This document shows positions 12,830 through 26,269 of a stretch of DNA of 64,000 nt, piece after piece; the first letter of the stretch is position 1, and each line of letters opens with the position of its first letter. Position numbers and translations under genes: made by a program. The notes beneath the pieces were generated by a model. It was not told where the DNA came from. It ran no database searches and saw only the letters and a list, made by a program, of their open reading frames with translations. The stretch is from NCBI RefSeq assembly GCF_009914755.1, contig NC_060947.1; one strand, 5' to 3'. The DNA comes from the human T2T-CHM13v2.0 reference genome, Homo sapiens.

Positions 12830-13290
12830 TTCTGATGTGGCCCCTGGCTACTTCTCCATCTTCATTTTGCATCTCTCTCCCTGTTACTCTGCATCACAAC
12901 GTTGTTGGTCTCTTTTCAATTCTTCAAATGCACCAGGCTGTTTCTGGCCATGGGGCCTTCTCTCAGCAATATTCTTCCCTTCCACCTTTGCCTGGTTAAG
13001 GCCTATTCATTCTCAGATCTCAGCTTAAGCATTACTCCCTGATGGAAGGCTTCCTTCCCTGATCCTCTTGCCTTAACCAGATCTCATAGTCATGTGTTGT
13101 TTCCTCTCAGAGCACTGATCTCAGTGCATTATTACAGTGATATAACGCTTGACTGAAGTCTGTCTTCCCCAGAGGAGTGTAAGCTCCATGAGGACAGAAA
13201 CCATGTGTCATTTTGTTCAGCACTGCCCATGACAGTGCCTCATATGTAATAGCTGCTCAATAAAAATGATTTCAGTGGCAGAGTGAGTGT
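12830..13290 (+). mobile_element. L2 3' end (probable upstream piece at 12220-12330)
   Basis: gtgtaagctccatgaggacagaaaccatgtg...gctcaataaa. Confidence 0.8.
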
Positions 13291-13649
13291 ACAAATGTGC
13301 TTGCTTAACAATTTATGCTCTCAGCCTAGGCCACTTCCACTCTGTACCAGAGAAACCCAAGCTCATATTCAGTGCTGCATTTCCTCTTACTTCCCTGCCT
13401 GTCTGAAATGCCTGTTTTCCTTCCTCTGCCTAGTGGCTTCAGACCTGCAGGACCTGGCTCAGAAAATATTGCCTATTAAATGAACCTGCAAAACCATCCC
13501 CAATCTTCTAGGCTTAGGCTCTCCCTGACTAACCCTTCTTTCTCCCAATTTGACTTATGTGCTACTGTATATTATTGAAGATTGTCTTTGAATAAATAGG
13601 TCTTGTTTCCTCTGAGAAGAGAAGGAGGCCTATTCCATATACACAGGGT

Positions 13650-13822
13650 CATGGCTAAGTGTCTGACTTTGAACTTGGGCTCAAATTCTGGCTTTGTTAC
13701 TTAGTAGTTGTGCAGCCTTGAGACATCACTTCCCTGCTCTGGGTCTCAGACACCTCATTTGTAATATTAGAGTGTTGGACAACATGACCATTTAAGTTAT
13801 TTCCCACTTTAAAGATTCTAGA
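13650..13822 (+). mobile_element. MIR (MIRc/MIR3-like)
   Basis: ctcaaattctggctttgttacttagtagttgtg...ctcatttgtaa. Confidence 0.7.
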
Positions 13823-13870
13823 AGCTTTATGAGATGCTAGACAAATGGTGCTACTTGAATGCTGTGGAGT

Positions 13871-14042
13871 GTTTTTGTTAAAACAGCTCTATTGGAATAT
13901 CATTTACATATACAAATTGTTTCTATTTAAGGAGTACAACCTGATTGATGTTTTGGTATGTATATATACATACTGTGAAATGATCGCCAAGATCAAGCTA
14001 ATTAACATATCCATCACTTCTACATAGTTACCATTGTAGGTA

Positions 14043-14079
<37 letters not shown>

Positions 14080-14268
14080 GTGTGGTAAGATTTAGGAGCT
14101 ATGCTCATAGCAAATTACAATGATATTGTTAACTATTATCATCTTGCTGTTCATTAGATCTTGAGAAATAGTTCATCCTGCATAACTGAAAGTTTGTACC
14201 CTTTGACCAACGTCCCCCCATTTTCCCCACTCCCCAGCCTCTGACAACCACAATCCTACCCTCTGCTT
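13871..14268 (-). mobile_element. 5'-truncated L1MA-type 3'UTR with internal (TATGTG)n
   Basis: atcaagctaattaacatatccatcac; aactgaaagtttgtaccctttgacc; perfect TSD tgctgtggagt at 13860-13870 and 14269-14279. Confidence 0.9.
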
Positions 14269-16469
14269 TGCTGTGGAGTCTTAACATGCTGCTCCACCAG
14301 AAAGGGAAAATTGGGGAAAGACAGACACAGTCCAATGGACCACCAAAATCAAGGGAAAATAAGGCTATCCTAAAATAAATAATATACATAAAATAAAAGG
14401 TGGTTATTCCTGGAAGGGATTACAGGTGACTTTCATATTTTCTACATTTTCTGAGGTTGGCTTGCCACTCAGTGGTTTCTTGCCGCTCCTTCTTATACTT
14501 ATTAAAATCAAATCCCAAACGCAATCTTATGGCCTATTTTTTCATTCTGCACACATTTTGGGTCTGTATGTAGTCCAACAAGGAGATATGTAAACAGCAA
14601 TGCCCTGAACTCCCATTGCAGGCCAGACCCTGTGTGGGTTTTGGAAGAGTGGGAATGAGAGAGCAGCATACTTCCCCAGGGCAGAAATGACCGAACTGCT
14701 CCATCCAGGACAAAGGTTTTATATTTGTTCTGATACAACATGTCCAGATGCTGCTGCCTGACTGCTGAATGGACATCTCTCCCCACAGAACTGAGGCATT
14801 TGCCTTTTTGTTTTTAAATGGGGGTGTTTTTCCCTGTTTCTGAATTTGGTCTTCTTTTCCCCTGCTCTGCTTCCCTCTGTGGCGGGCTTTCTTCTTTTCT
14901 CTTCCTTTTTTCTTTATCTCTTTTATTTTTCAGTCCCAACAGAGCAAAGAACAGCCAAAACAAATGATTTCTCATTGGCTTTACAGATCTGGCCTAGCCC
15001 CAATAACATTATTCCACACCACTGAGGAACTGGAAGTCTGAAGTGAACTTGAACTCCTATATTGTGCTACTTGCTTTCCATGAAATGTTATGAATAAAAA
15101 TAAGCTGCTATTGTTGAGGTAAACCAGCTTCCAGCATACCATGGGTGCTCATTAAGTGTTAAATAATAATGTTTGGTGATGTAGTTAGCTTGGTTTATAC
15201 TCATTATTATTTTTGCTTTCTTTCTAATCCATGGAGTTGGATCATGTGGGTTGGGCCAGCCCGTTGTTAGGGGAAATTAGTGAAGGGCTGCACACATTTC
15301 TCTCCACCTAGCACACCACAATGACAATTTACCTGTCAGCCTTCCTGACACTAATCTTTGCCTGTGGCTCTTTCTGCTCTGACTTTCTAAATCCCCTTGT
15401 AGTTATTTAAATCTTTGAAGGCTGGTTCTTTAGGGAGATTGAGAAATGATGGTCATGGGCAATATATTATTTCAGGGGTGGAAAAAAACAGCCTTTTCAG
15501 AGCTTTCTCTCACTTCCACTAGAGCTTGAACTATATTGTGCTTCTCCCAGGTATCAGCAAATATGTGGGTGGTTGCATGGAGGCCGCTTTATAGAGTGTG
15601 GGTAATTGCTTGGTCACGCCTATCAATCAGCCAAGGGCTCTACTTGAATTTCTCTGATTAGCTACAGACATTTTGGGGGAACAATCAACTTGTGACCAAG
15701 TTTTCAAGACACACACTTTCTCTAGAAGCTTATCTCCACATCTTAAAACATAACAATTAGCAAAGGACCTATTTGATGGTTTTCCTCTGCTTAAATTGTC
15801 TGTGAGACTAAAAGGAGAAAGCAAAATCTTTATACCTTAAAAAAAAAGCTTTTGAGTAGATGAGTTGGATTTGGTGCCTTCCATTGGGTGAGCTCTCTCT
15901 GAGCCTCTGACTCCACAGTGCATGGATTTCACAATGCTTCCCCTCTCCCCTGCTTGGTACAGCTATACCACAGTGTTGGCAACAGGCTTCTGCAGTCAAT
16001 TCATTGGGCTGTCATTGAATCCAGATGAGACCAAACATGAACTCTTCCAGGACAAAGACTGGGCCCCATCTTATCTCTTTCCTCTCCCCACATCACACCA
16101 CAGGCTGACTGTCCAGCTCACGAGGGAAGACAAGTATCAGGACTGGTAGACTGGATTTTACAGATCCTAAATTAGAGCATATCAGTCCAAGTGGCATAGG
16201 TTTGTGGACAAGGACCGTAAGTCTGTGGGCAAGAAGAAATTAGAACATATCAGGCTGAGGGACATAAATATGTAAGGAAGGACCAATGAGATGATATAAA
16301 ACAAGGATCAGCATGGAAATTCTAAGCCCTTGGGATCACCGTATGCTCAGGCCAGTGACCTCCTAGTATTGTGAATGCTCTGTTATCTTGAGAACTGATA
16401 TGAATCTATCAAATCAACATTTATATATAAAATCATGGATCAGGAGACAGAAGAACCTGCCACATGAGT

Positions 16470-16682
16470 TTTGGGGTCAGCTAGATCCAGATTCACATGC
16501 TGGATCTGTTGCTTACTAAATGGGTAACCCTGGACAGGTGATAACCTCAGAGCCTCTTAACTGTAAATGATGGTCACAACTTACTTTAGAATTATTGTGA
16601 GGATCAAATGAGATGATGTGGGTAATGCATGTAAAATGGTGTCTAACTCACGGAAAGGGCTAAGTAAATATAAGCTATTATG
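16470..16682 (+). mobile_element. MIR SINE
   Basis: ttgtgaggatcaaatgagatgatg; ends gctattat. Confidence 0.75.
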
Positions 16683-17058
16683 CACACTATTCAATCGTAT
16701 TATCTTTTTTTTAAAAAATCAAACAATCTGTGTCAACACAAGTGCTTCTGATGAGATAAGTAGAGAGAAAAGTACAAAAAGCATTGCCTAACCAAAAGCT
16801 AACAGACTCCCAGGAGTCGAGGTATCAGGTCAGTGCACAAAAGAGAGTTACATTTTGAGACTGGGAAGGTACAGGAGTCTATGTTTGATCTTACCCTTTT
16901 TCTCAGGCTGTTCCCAACAATTCCCATCCAGCCATGCCATGCGGGCTCTTCTGATATCTGTCTTGATATTGCAGATTGGAGAAGTGCTGCCCCACGCTAA
17001 CAGTTATGTCACTCTTGTTGACACCATTCAGGGAAATTAATTTTGAAACTGGTGGCCT

Positions 17059-17181
17059 TTTTTTAGACTTCACATATAAGTGAGATATTTCTATAATGCC
17101 TACATAGATCAAAACATCACACTGTAACCCGCAAATATACATGATTATTATTTGTCAATTAAAAATAAATAAGAAAAAGAA
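17059..17181 (+). mobile_element. Miniature L1MA insertion with 5' inversion
   Basis: Antisense ttttagacttcacatataagtgagat, then sense atcaaaacatcac...ttgtcaattaaaaataaa; TSD ttgaa(a/g)ctggtggcct. Confidence 0.8.
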
Positions 17182-18822
17182 TTGAAGCTGGTGGCCTAAT
17201 GTACTGAAAATGCCTGCAAGTGAGGGAGATTTTCAGGGTGTGATCAATATTAGTTTAGCCCCAAGACAAACTTGTGGTTGAATAAAAATTCACTGTTAAC
17301 TTACTAAAAGAGGATTTACCAATAGTTAATCTAATATTGTCATTACATTTAAATTAATATACAACATATTTTTGCTAGTCATTATCATTTAAAACACAGA
17401 AAAATGCAAAAAGGAAGATGTTTATAGCAACGCTCATGCCCATGCCAGGCACTTTTGGATTGTTAGGCTGTCAATGTTTTAAATCCAAAAAGCTTGACAT
17501 TCTAGTCTTAAACTTAAAATTAGGCTCAGATTCTGGGCTGAGAACTTCCACTTCTATGTTCCCTGTGCTTTCTGACACCCGCTTTCATCTCTCTTTTACC
17601 TTTATTTTAGCCTTGCACTTTCATGTCCAGCTTCCAAACTTCTGAAAGTCAGTGTTTCCCATCTCTGCACTTAGGTGTTCTCCAGCATAAAATAAGATCA
17701 TTTGGCTGGGAGGGACCTGAGAGCCAGCTCTGTGCTGGCACTCAGACATGAAGCCTGGGCTTCAGAGACTGAGTTTGTTTTTGCTTGGCCTCTAGGGGCA
17801 GAAAGAAAGAGGGAAAAGATCCAGTATCCAAACATTCCAGGATGATAGCTGGATACTGAAGGTGTCCTTGAAGGAAAATACAATAAAATTAAAAGAAGTA
17901 TAGGCATCTGAAGGCTTAAGGTGCATCAGCTTCAACATTTGAAATGCCACTGTAGTTGTGTTGAAGTGTGTTAACTTTTAAAATCATCACCTAACCTTTC
18001 AGGGCTTTGTCATGAGAGCATTTAATACAAATTCGTATTTCAGTTGCATAACCAGAGTCCACTTCTCAGATATTTCTGGCCCAAGTCAAATAGTCACAGC
18101 ACTATTTGAGAGTTTAGGTTTGCTGGATGGCCGAATCTAAGGAGATCTTCATTAAAGTCAATGGAGAAGAAAATTAAGTCATTTAAATTGCTATTTCTGG
18201 AGTTGTGGAACTTGAAAGTGTCCAAACAAGAAATATTCCATTATTTATTATGGTGACTCGATTTGTGCCTATTGAGGTGCTTAACTAGTGCTCTTCCATC
18301 TTTCCTACGTGGTCTGTGCTGGTAGCATGTCCGAGGAAGGGAAAGGTAGTACATAAAATAACAGCAGCTCTGGGGCCCAATACTAATTATTGTTAGTTAG
18401 TGCAAAGTACAGAGTGACGTAAAGAGTTAAATGACTGATCGCGAGCTGAAATTCTAAAACCATCTCTTGCCCAACAGGGGAGAAGACTTTTCTGGAGTTT
18501 CCTTCTTTCTTTCTTCTTCCTTATTAGAATAGCCCTTTGGACCCAGGAGGATTGCACTACTGATGGTATCGTTCCTTTGTTGGAAACTAGGAGTTGTTTG
18601 GTAATGAAATGGCTGCTTGAGATTGACAGGGCCCCATATACTGATAAGAAGGTTTAACTAGCTTCTGCTCCTTTCACTCAATATTTGTCGATTATACCTC
18701 AATAAAACAGGAAAACAACTACTGAGGTAAACACTGGAAAACTACTCTATTATCTCTTAAGATTTGGAATCCCCAACTCATCTTTGTGATATCAATTGTA
18801 GTCTAACCTACATCCTGGATAG

Positions 18823-18985
18823 CAGAGGTTCTTAATCTGAGTTTAAGGAGGTCTATAAATCCCTTGAAATTATATGGAACCTTTTGTGGGTAGGTATACA
18901 TCTGCTTCTTTCCTGGGAGAACACATAGCTTTCATTGGATTTCCAAAAGGGTCTGTGGCCTCAAACGGACTAACAGTAATTTCTC
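18823..18985. mobile_element. Old hAT-Charlie-type MITE
   Basis: cagaggttcttaatctg terminus; catagctttcattggatttccaaaagggtctgtg. Confidence 0.65.
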
Positions 18986-19684
18986 TGTCTGCAGAAATTG
19001 GAACTAACCATCATGTTTCCTTTCTGTTTCAATCACTTTGCATTAATCCAGGATGAATGCTACATAAACCATTTCTTTAGTTCTCACAAACTCCTTGTTT
19101 CTGAGAGCATCTCTCCTTCCACCTCCCCTGTTTGTGTTCTTCTCCTGACAGAGGCCTGGAGCAGTCAAGGCCAACTCCTTTGCTGCTTTTGATCCTTGCT
19201 TGTGTGCTCTTCTCTCCATGCCCAGACACCACCTCTGGCCCTCTCCTGCCGTTCTGGTGCTGCTGGAGTTGAAAACCCAAGATCAGCCTCTGGCAAGTAG
19301 AAGTGAGACTCGGGGAGACCTGTCATGATGGCAAGCTTCCTTTTGACTCACACTCAATAAAGAGAAGATGATGGCCTTTTCCTCCCCTTCTGCGCATCTC
19401 ATCATTCCATGGGAAGCAGTGAGGTTGGCTTCCTGCCTCTGCCTAAATGCTTCTGCTGGCCCATCTGCTCAAACTCCTGTCTGTCCTAAGTTCACTCAGT
19501 ATATAAGGGAAAGGAATATGATCTTTCTTCTTCTCTAATTACCTGCCCCTATACCTTACACCTGCTGCCCAGAGCAACTGATGATGCCTGCCACAGCCAC
19601 TCTCTTTTTAAATAGCTGCTTTAGGTCCCAAAGGGTGGGTGGGTGGCTTTTCTAGGGAGGATAAGTGATCAGTATTTAATAATA

Positions 19685-19783
19685 TTTTTATTTTTAGAGA
19701 GACAAGGTCTCACTCTATTGCCCAGGCTGTTGGAGTGCAGTGGTGCAATCATAGCACACTGCAGCCTTAACATCCTAGGCTCA
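19685..19783 (-). mobile_element. AluJ/FRAM-like fragment
   Basis: gacaaggtctcactctattgcccaggctg...gtgcaatcatagc. Confidence 0.9.
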
Positions 19784-19811
19784 GTAATAGTAATTTTTAA
19801 AAACTACTACA

Positions 19812-20005
19812 AGTAATGGCTGCCATATATTGAGTGCTTACTATGTGCCAGGTACTGTGTTGAGATCTTTACATGAATCCTCTCCTAGAATCCCCATAAC
19901 AACATTATGAAGTGTAGACTGCCTTTGAAGCCAGAACAGCTGGTGTTCAGAGTTGACGAGTACAATGGTTGAGATTCAAACCCAAACTCCAAAACTGATG
20001 GTTCT
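19812..20005 (-). mobile_element. MIR SINE
   Basis: tattgagtgcttactatgtgccaggtactgtg. Confidence 0.75.
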
Positions 20006-22115
20006 ATTCTCTACACTCCTCATTGCTCTCTCTGTGAATCTAAAGTCTAAATGTGCTTCCAAAATAAAATGGCAGCTGCTCCCTATGTGGCTAAAATCAG
20101 TATCTAATGCTCCTCTGCTAATGGATTTGTTGCCATCAGCCTCCACTTTCTGAGCTGATGCTGAAGTCTTATCTGTGGTTACTTTACTCATTTCCATTTA
20201 AATTCTTTTTCCAGAGTCAATACTGATAGTCACAAAGGTTTCCACTACTAGATCTCGAGAGAGTGACTCATCCAAACACAATTATTATGCCATCCTATTT
20301 GCCCATCATAATTAGCTATCCATTTTAAACCTCCAAAATGCCTGTGTCAGTAGTTAATAGCAATGGAAAAATAAATTAAGACATATATGCCAGTGTGTAT
20401 GTGTGGTCATTACTGCTCTATTATGTGCATCAGCTCTATTGTCCACCTCAGAGCTGTAATCGCAGACAAGCTTCCCCTTCTCCCCAGCACACTCCAGCAG
20501 CCGCCTGCTCCTGCTGTTCAGCCAGTGTGTGCTTAGTGAATGCAAATTAATATTAATATCAATCAGCCTAAGCCCAATCAGCCTCTCCTAAGTAGGGAAG
20601 TGAATCTGCATAAAATCAAATGAGATAATGTATGTGAAAGTGCTCTGAAAATTATAAAGTACTATACAAATCAAGGTATTTTTATAATAAAATCATAATG
20701 TATTATAAAATCAAATATGAATTATTTCTTAAAATGGTCTGCTATTTTAGATTAGCTGCACCATTAGCAAGTGCTCAATAAATATTTGTTCAATTGTATT
20801 GTTGAATTGAGATAATCAAGAGTTGACTGTACATGAAAACAAAGAATTCCATGAAAGATTTAACTAACTACAATAGGTTAGAGAGCATATAAAAAATGAA
20901 ATTTAAAATAAGAATGACTTCAAATACAAAAGAAAATAATTTATGTTTTCATTTGAGGATAGAAGACTCTCTTGAAATTGCCTCCTTTTTAAGACAAGGT
21001 GATTACAGTTTACCTTGTTGTAAAAAAATCTTTCACCAGTTACTATACAACAAGATCTTCACTGCATTTAAATTTGAAGTAAACTATGCAATTCTAATTA
21101 AACAATTTTTATTGCTATCCAAGATGAGAAGGATGTCAGCTGATGTCAAAATACTTTGGTGGTGTAAGCCTAGTTTGTGATGAAGTTTTTTGATGTCTCA
21201 TCAATTTCTGTAATCCTCCATCATTTACTAATTTATAATTTTGAAACATGCTTAAAGAGAATTCTGGTTTCTCCCAACACATACTGTTTGTAGCAATGTT
21301 AATTTTGATTTATTTAAATACAACCAGTTACTTTCAAGCTAAAATAGCATCCATGAGAAATAAAGTGTAAATACATTATTCAGGCACCAATTTTCTTTGT
21401 CTTATGGTGTGTTTGCCCACCTTTTAAAAGGAAGACTGAAGAAACCTGGATAATTGACTGGAATTCATCAGTGGGTAAACAGAACCTTGTGCCTGGCATT
21501 TGGAAAAGTTGAGTAGCTTGGTCTGTAGATGAGTCTTAAGAATTTGATTCCATATGTGAATTCTGAAATTTCTGTAGATCTTGTTACTTGGAAGCTGTTA
21601 ATGAAACCTGCTAACATTTGGAACGTTTAAGTTAGGCTTAAAGAAGCAAGCTAGGCAGCCTAGTGGAAAATGGTAACAACAGAAATAGATGAAAATTGCA
21701 AAACCCTTCCTGAGGCTTTATTTACTAAGCGGATAAACCAGTAGCTTACCAAACTTATGAACAAAGGAAATCCCAAGAGCAATTTCATGAACTTCTGGAA
21801 ATAAATTTTCTAATAATACATTTAAGATGAATCTTGAGAAATAATGACCATGGGGAATTAATATTATACCTTCTTTTTAAGATTAAGCACACATTTTCTA
21901 TACATTTCTTTGATATTAATGTACAAATAGTGTCAAACAGAAAATTTAATGCTAAGCTGAGGATCCTATTCTTTCCCAACACAGCTAGATAATCACATTA
22001 GTATATGAGTATAACCAAAGGCTTTAAAATAATTATAGGTTTCCAGTGCTACCTTGAATTACACCATTTTCATTTACAATGGAATGTTGAAAGAACTAAT
22101 GTAACTCAATTATGG

Positions 22116-22117
<2 letters not shown>

Positions 22118-22156
<39 letters not shown>
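22118..22156. repeat. (CA)n microsatellite
   Basis: Seen directly. Confidence 0.97.
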
Positions 22157-22157
<1 letters not shown>

Positions 22158-22584
22158 CCCAAACCAAATATCATTTGTGTTCCTGATTTGCAAATTAATG
22201 CCAAATATAATGTTAATTTTAAAATCAGTTTCCTACCAAGTCACAAAGAAATGTGGAAAGTTTAAAAGCTTGTCTCCCCTCCCAATTCCCCCAAGTTCTG
22301 GTATTGCCTGGTATGAAGAAGACATTTTATTTCTCTTTCTTATGCCAACTTATATTGCTTCAACCTTAGTAGACTACCAGAATTATGATTGCAACCAGAT
22401 GACACTTCTGTTCCCTAAAGCATATGACACTTGCTTTACATATGAAAGACTGTGGCCTGCCTAAACCTGCAACCTAGAAGGAGCAAGTAGGTCAAGGAGA
22501 GGCTGTCATAGATCCCTTGTCTGGGTATGGTGGTCTCTCTGCTATTTGACAAGTGTATGGAGAACACTTTTCTACATTATGCTT

Positions 22585-23030
22585 CCACAAGCTTTTGATT
22601 ATTCAAATCCCTCTCTTCTAAAACACTCTCTTCTCCTGGCTTTAAGGACATACTCCTGTTTCTCTGTCCCTTTTTTCTCTTCCTACTTCAACTTGTGTGT
22701 GGATGGTCCTTGAGGTTCACTCCTTGAACATCTGTCTGTTCATCTCTTTACATTCTGTTTCAAAGTTTTCACCCACTCTTATGGTTCCAACTATCACCTC
22801 TTTAAAGAGGACTTCTTTAAACTCTATCTCCAGCCCTGACTTCTGGTGTCAATGTCACTTTTCTGTCTTCAGATGCCTAGTACATGATGCAACTCAAATA
22901 TCCAGCCATTATCTCTAGGCAAGTTGACGTGCCTAAAACTGGATGCCTCTTGTCCCCAGACTACTCTCTTCTGCCCAATCCTGGCTCAATTTCCATATTT
23001 CTGTCAAGGTTTGTGCTGTTCTCCTGATCT
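22585..23030 (+). mobile_element. L2 fragment
   Basis: ttctaaaacactctcttctcctggc; tctatctccagccctgac. Confidence 0.7.
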
Positions 23031-23054
23031 TGACATTTTGATTAAAACCCTTAA

Positions 23055-23287
23055 GAAAGAGCCTTATCATTTATTGAGAACTTACTCTGTATCAGAAACT
23101 ATACATTATCTCATTCAATCTTTGTTTTTCTTTCCAACTTTTATTTTAGGTTCATTTAGTCTTTATAACAGTTCTATGAGATAGGTATTCCAATTATTTT
23201 ACAGAAGAGGACACTGAGGTTCAGAGAAACTGTCAGTGATAATTCCGGATCCATGTAAAACCAAAGCCTGAGCACTTAACTATACTA
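23055..23287 (-). mobile_element. MIR SINE
   Basis: attttacagaagaggacactgaggttcagaga. Confidence 0.75.
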
Positions 23288-23535
23288 CAGGGGTCAAAAA
23301 CTCAACTGCTTACAAGATTCCAGACAGGTAGTGTAAATATGTGAAGAACAAATTAAAAAAAAAATAACAGTGCAATCTGTCCCTGTTGAGGAAACAACAG
23401 GAATATTGGGTTCTGTAGTGCACCATTCAGCTCCAGCCATGAGAGAAACCCTTCTTGCCAGATATTGTACCTTTTAAAGAGAAGACATATCTAGACTTTC
23501 ATGGAAAATTTTCCAATTTTTAAATGTAGACAACC
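23288..23535. mobile_element. MER102-like hAT element
   Basis: caggggtcaaaaactcaactgcttac...gacaggtagtgtaaatatgtgaag. Confidence 0.6.
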
Positions 23536-23564
23536 TACCAAATTTTCTACCTTGGTTTCATTTC

Positions 23565-24160
23565 CATTTTATCATAAAGCATTTCAAACATATACAGAAA
23601 AGTTGAAAGACTTTGATATTGACTGCTCATATACTCATCACCTAGATTCTACTGTTAACATTTTGCTGTTCTTGCTTTATCACATATCCATCCCTTAATC
23701 CATCTTTCAGATGCATTTCAAAGTCAGTTGCAGACATCAGGATCCTCCCCACTAAACACTTCACCACATGTATCATTTGAGTTAAGTATATTTGTTCACA
23801 GTATTTTGTTCTTGTCACTGATGTAAATTTCACAAACAATAAAATTCAAAAATATTAAATATACCATTTGATGCATTTTGACAAATGTATGCACATGTAT
23901 AACCCAAATGTTTATAAAGATGTAAAAACATTTCCACTACTTTTTGAGGAATGTTTCTTTGTGCCCCTTTCCAGTCAAATCCTACCTCTCTCCATCCAGA
24001 GTAACCACTGATCTGATCTGATTTTTTTTCCACCATAGATTAATTTTTATGTTCTAGAATTTTGCATACATAAAATTGGGCAGCATGTACTCATTTGTGT
24101 TAGGTTTCTTTCACTCAGCAAAATGCTGTGGAGAGTCATCCATGTTACTGAGCAAACTAT
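23565..24160 (-). mobile_element. L1MC/L1ME 3' fragment(s)
   Basis: atttcaaacatatacagaaaagttgaaaga; tttctttcactcagca. Confidence 0.75.
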
Positions 24161-24364
24161 CAATTTTTAAAAATTATTGAATAAACCAAAAATTAAAACC
24201 TACATTTGCAATCCAAAAGATGTCAGGACGTACCCACCGTACTGGACTTGAATGCCTGTTTTCTCTCCTCACACCCAAATGCTATAAAATTCATGTTCCT
24301 TTGAAACATCTTATCTCTCTTCCATTCACATTGCTACAATTCTCCCATCATTCTGTGATATTTG

Positions 24365-24950
24365 TGTTCTAGCAGGGCATTTGACAGAGGTTTGTTTGAC
24401 ATCCTAGAGAACAAGATCATTATATAAGGGCTGCATGGTATTTTAGTTAGCTACACCTACCACTGGTAGGGTGGCTGCAACCAGAGTGTAGATTATTGGT
24501 GCTGATACCAGGTTATTGCTGACAACCTGGAGGGGCTTCTCTATGGAAATACAAAAGAGCTGTCTTCTTCATCTTGCACTGTTCAACTTTTTTTTCACAT
24601 GACAGATGAAAGTAGTCATCAAGTTTGTAAATGAAATAAAGATAGTGGAGAAAGTAAATACAGGGATGACAGAACTAAGTTTCAAAATCTTGATATGCTA
24701 AAAGGACAAGTCAAAACCAAGAAGATGAAATTGCAAGGATAAAGTGAAAGAACTGAATTTGGGTTTTAAAAAAAGTCAATTGTCAAACTACATCATGAGG
24801 AATATTTGTCCTGACGGCACTCCAAGTGGAAAATATCTCAAATATTGTATGAGTCACCAGTATTTCGATAAGAACAAAAACAAATAGACTGAAGCAAAAC
24901 TAATAATGCAGTCATAGCCCACATTAATAGAAGTGTACAAGGAAATAGCT
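24365..24950 (+). mobile_element. L3/CR1 LINE reverse-transcriptase fossil
   Basis: Eroded RT blocks in the expected order: SRAFD (24372), LFNFF (~24580), IKFVNEIK (equivalent to IKFADDTK, ~24618), KMK..KDK (~24722). Confidence 0.7.
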
Positions 24951-25014
24951 CTAATTTAATACAGTGGTTAGAGGTATGGGTCTTAGAGTCAGAAAATACT
25001 GTTTTGCTACATTA

Positions 25015-26160
25015 AGTTAAATATGCCTATTAGACCTCCAGCTAGAGATGTGGAATAGGTGGTTGGCTGTAAGAAATGGTCCAGCTAGAGTTACAAATTT
25101 AGGTCTTGTCAGCAAATAGATGGTATTTAGAGTCAAGGGACTAGATGAAATCAGAATAACGGTGAGTATAGAAAAAACAGAGAAGAGGTCTGTGAGTCTG
25201 CTGGGTCTGCTATAACAAAATCCCACAGACTGGGGGGCTTAGACAACAGAAATTCATGTTCTCACAGTTCTTGAGGGTGGAAGTCCAAGATCAAGGTGTT
25301 GACAGAGTTGGTTTCTTCTGAGACCACTCTCCTTGCCTTGCAGATACCCACTTTCTCTCTGTGTCCTCACATAGTCTTTCCTCTGTTCATGTGACCCTGG
25401 TGTCCCGCTGTGCACCCACATTTCCTCTTCTTATAAGGACACCAGTCAGATTGGATTAGGGCCTGTTCTAAAGGCCTCATTTTAACATAATCACCTCTTT
25501 AACAGCCCTGTGTATAAATACAATCACATTCGGAGGTACTTGGAGTTAGGGTTTCAACATATGAATTTGGCAGAACACAATTCAGCCCATAATAGTGTCC
25601 AAGAATTGAGACTTGGTCCCCCAAAATTTAGAAATCAGGCAAAGGAAAAAGAGATGTCAGCAAAAAGGACAGAAGTGGCCAAATAAAAGAGAAGCCAGGA
25701 GAACGTGAAGTTTTGGGGGCCTAAAGAAGAAAAAGGTTTCAGAAGTGGGGAGTAATCAATCATGCCAAATACTGCTGAGAGATAAAGATAAGAACTGAGA
25801 ATGACTAAAGGATTTGGCAAAGATAGAGGTCATTGTAAGCCTTTGACAATAGCCATTTCAGTTGAGTGGTGGAACTGGGAGCCTGAGACAAGAGGAAGTG
25901 TGGTGAGAAAGTGAAGACAGCAACTACAGGCAACTATTCTGAAAAGTTTTTCTGTGAATAGAGAGAAACTGATGAGAGGCAAGAAATATGAAAAATGCGG
26001 GAGCGAAGTTTTTAAAAGGGGTGAGATGGTATGGGATCTATTCTTTGGGGTAAAAGAAAATATATTACCTATTGCAACAAGAAGGAAGGCAGATTAGGTG
26101 TATCTGGGTTGGTGGAACTGGTGTTGAAAGGATGAGGTAGTTCTGCTCTGATGGCTGATC
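25015..26160 (-). mobile_element. L2 fragment, interrupted by an MLT1 LTR
   Basis: cagcaaatagatggtatttagagtcaagggactagatga; ccaaatactgctgagaga. Confidence 0.8.
25191..25594 (-). mobile_element. MLT1B-type MaLR solo LTR
   Basis: tgctataacaaaatcccacagact...cttataaggacaccagtcagattggattaggg...cacaattcagcccataa. Confidence 0.9.
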
Positions 26161-26269
26161 TTGTTGCAATTGTATCTTTTTTCCTGCTGTAATTTCTGCC
26201 TCATACTCCCCCTCTCTAACCAAATCTTCTCTACCCATCCAGGATCAGCCTCTTTGCTTTGGAAAAAGT

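Noticed and set aside
18240-18480. Unique segment with TGACGTAA, TAATTA and a few CpGs
   Set aside because: Could be a conserved element, but the motif content is not clearly above background.
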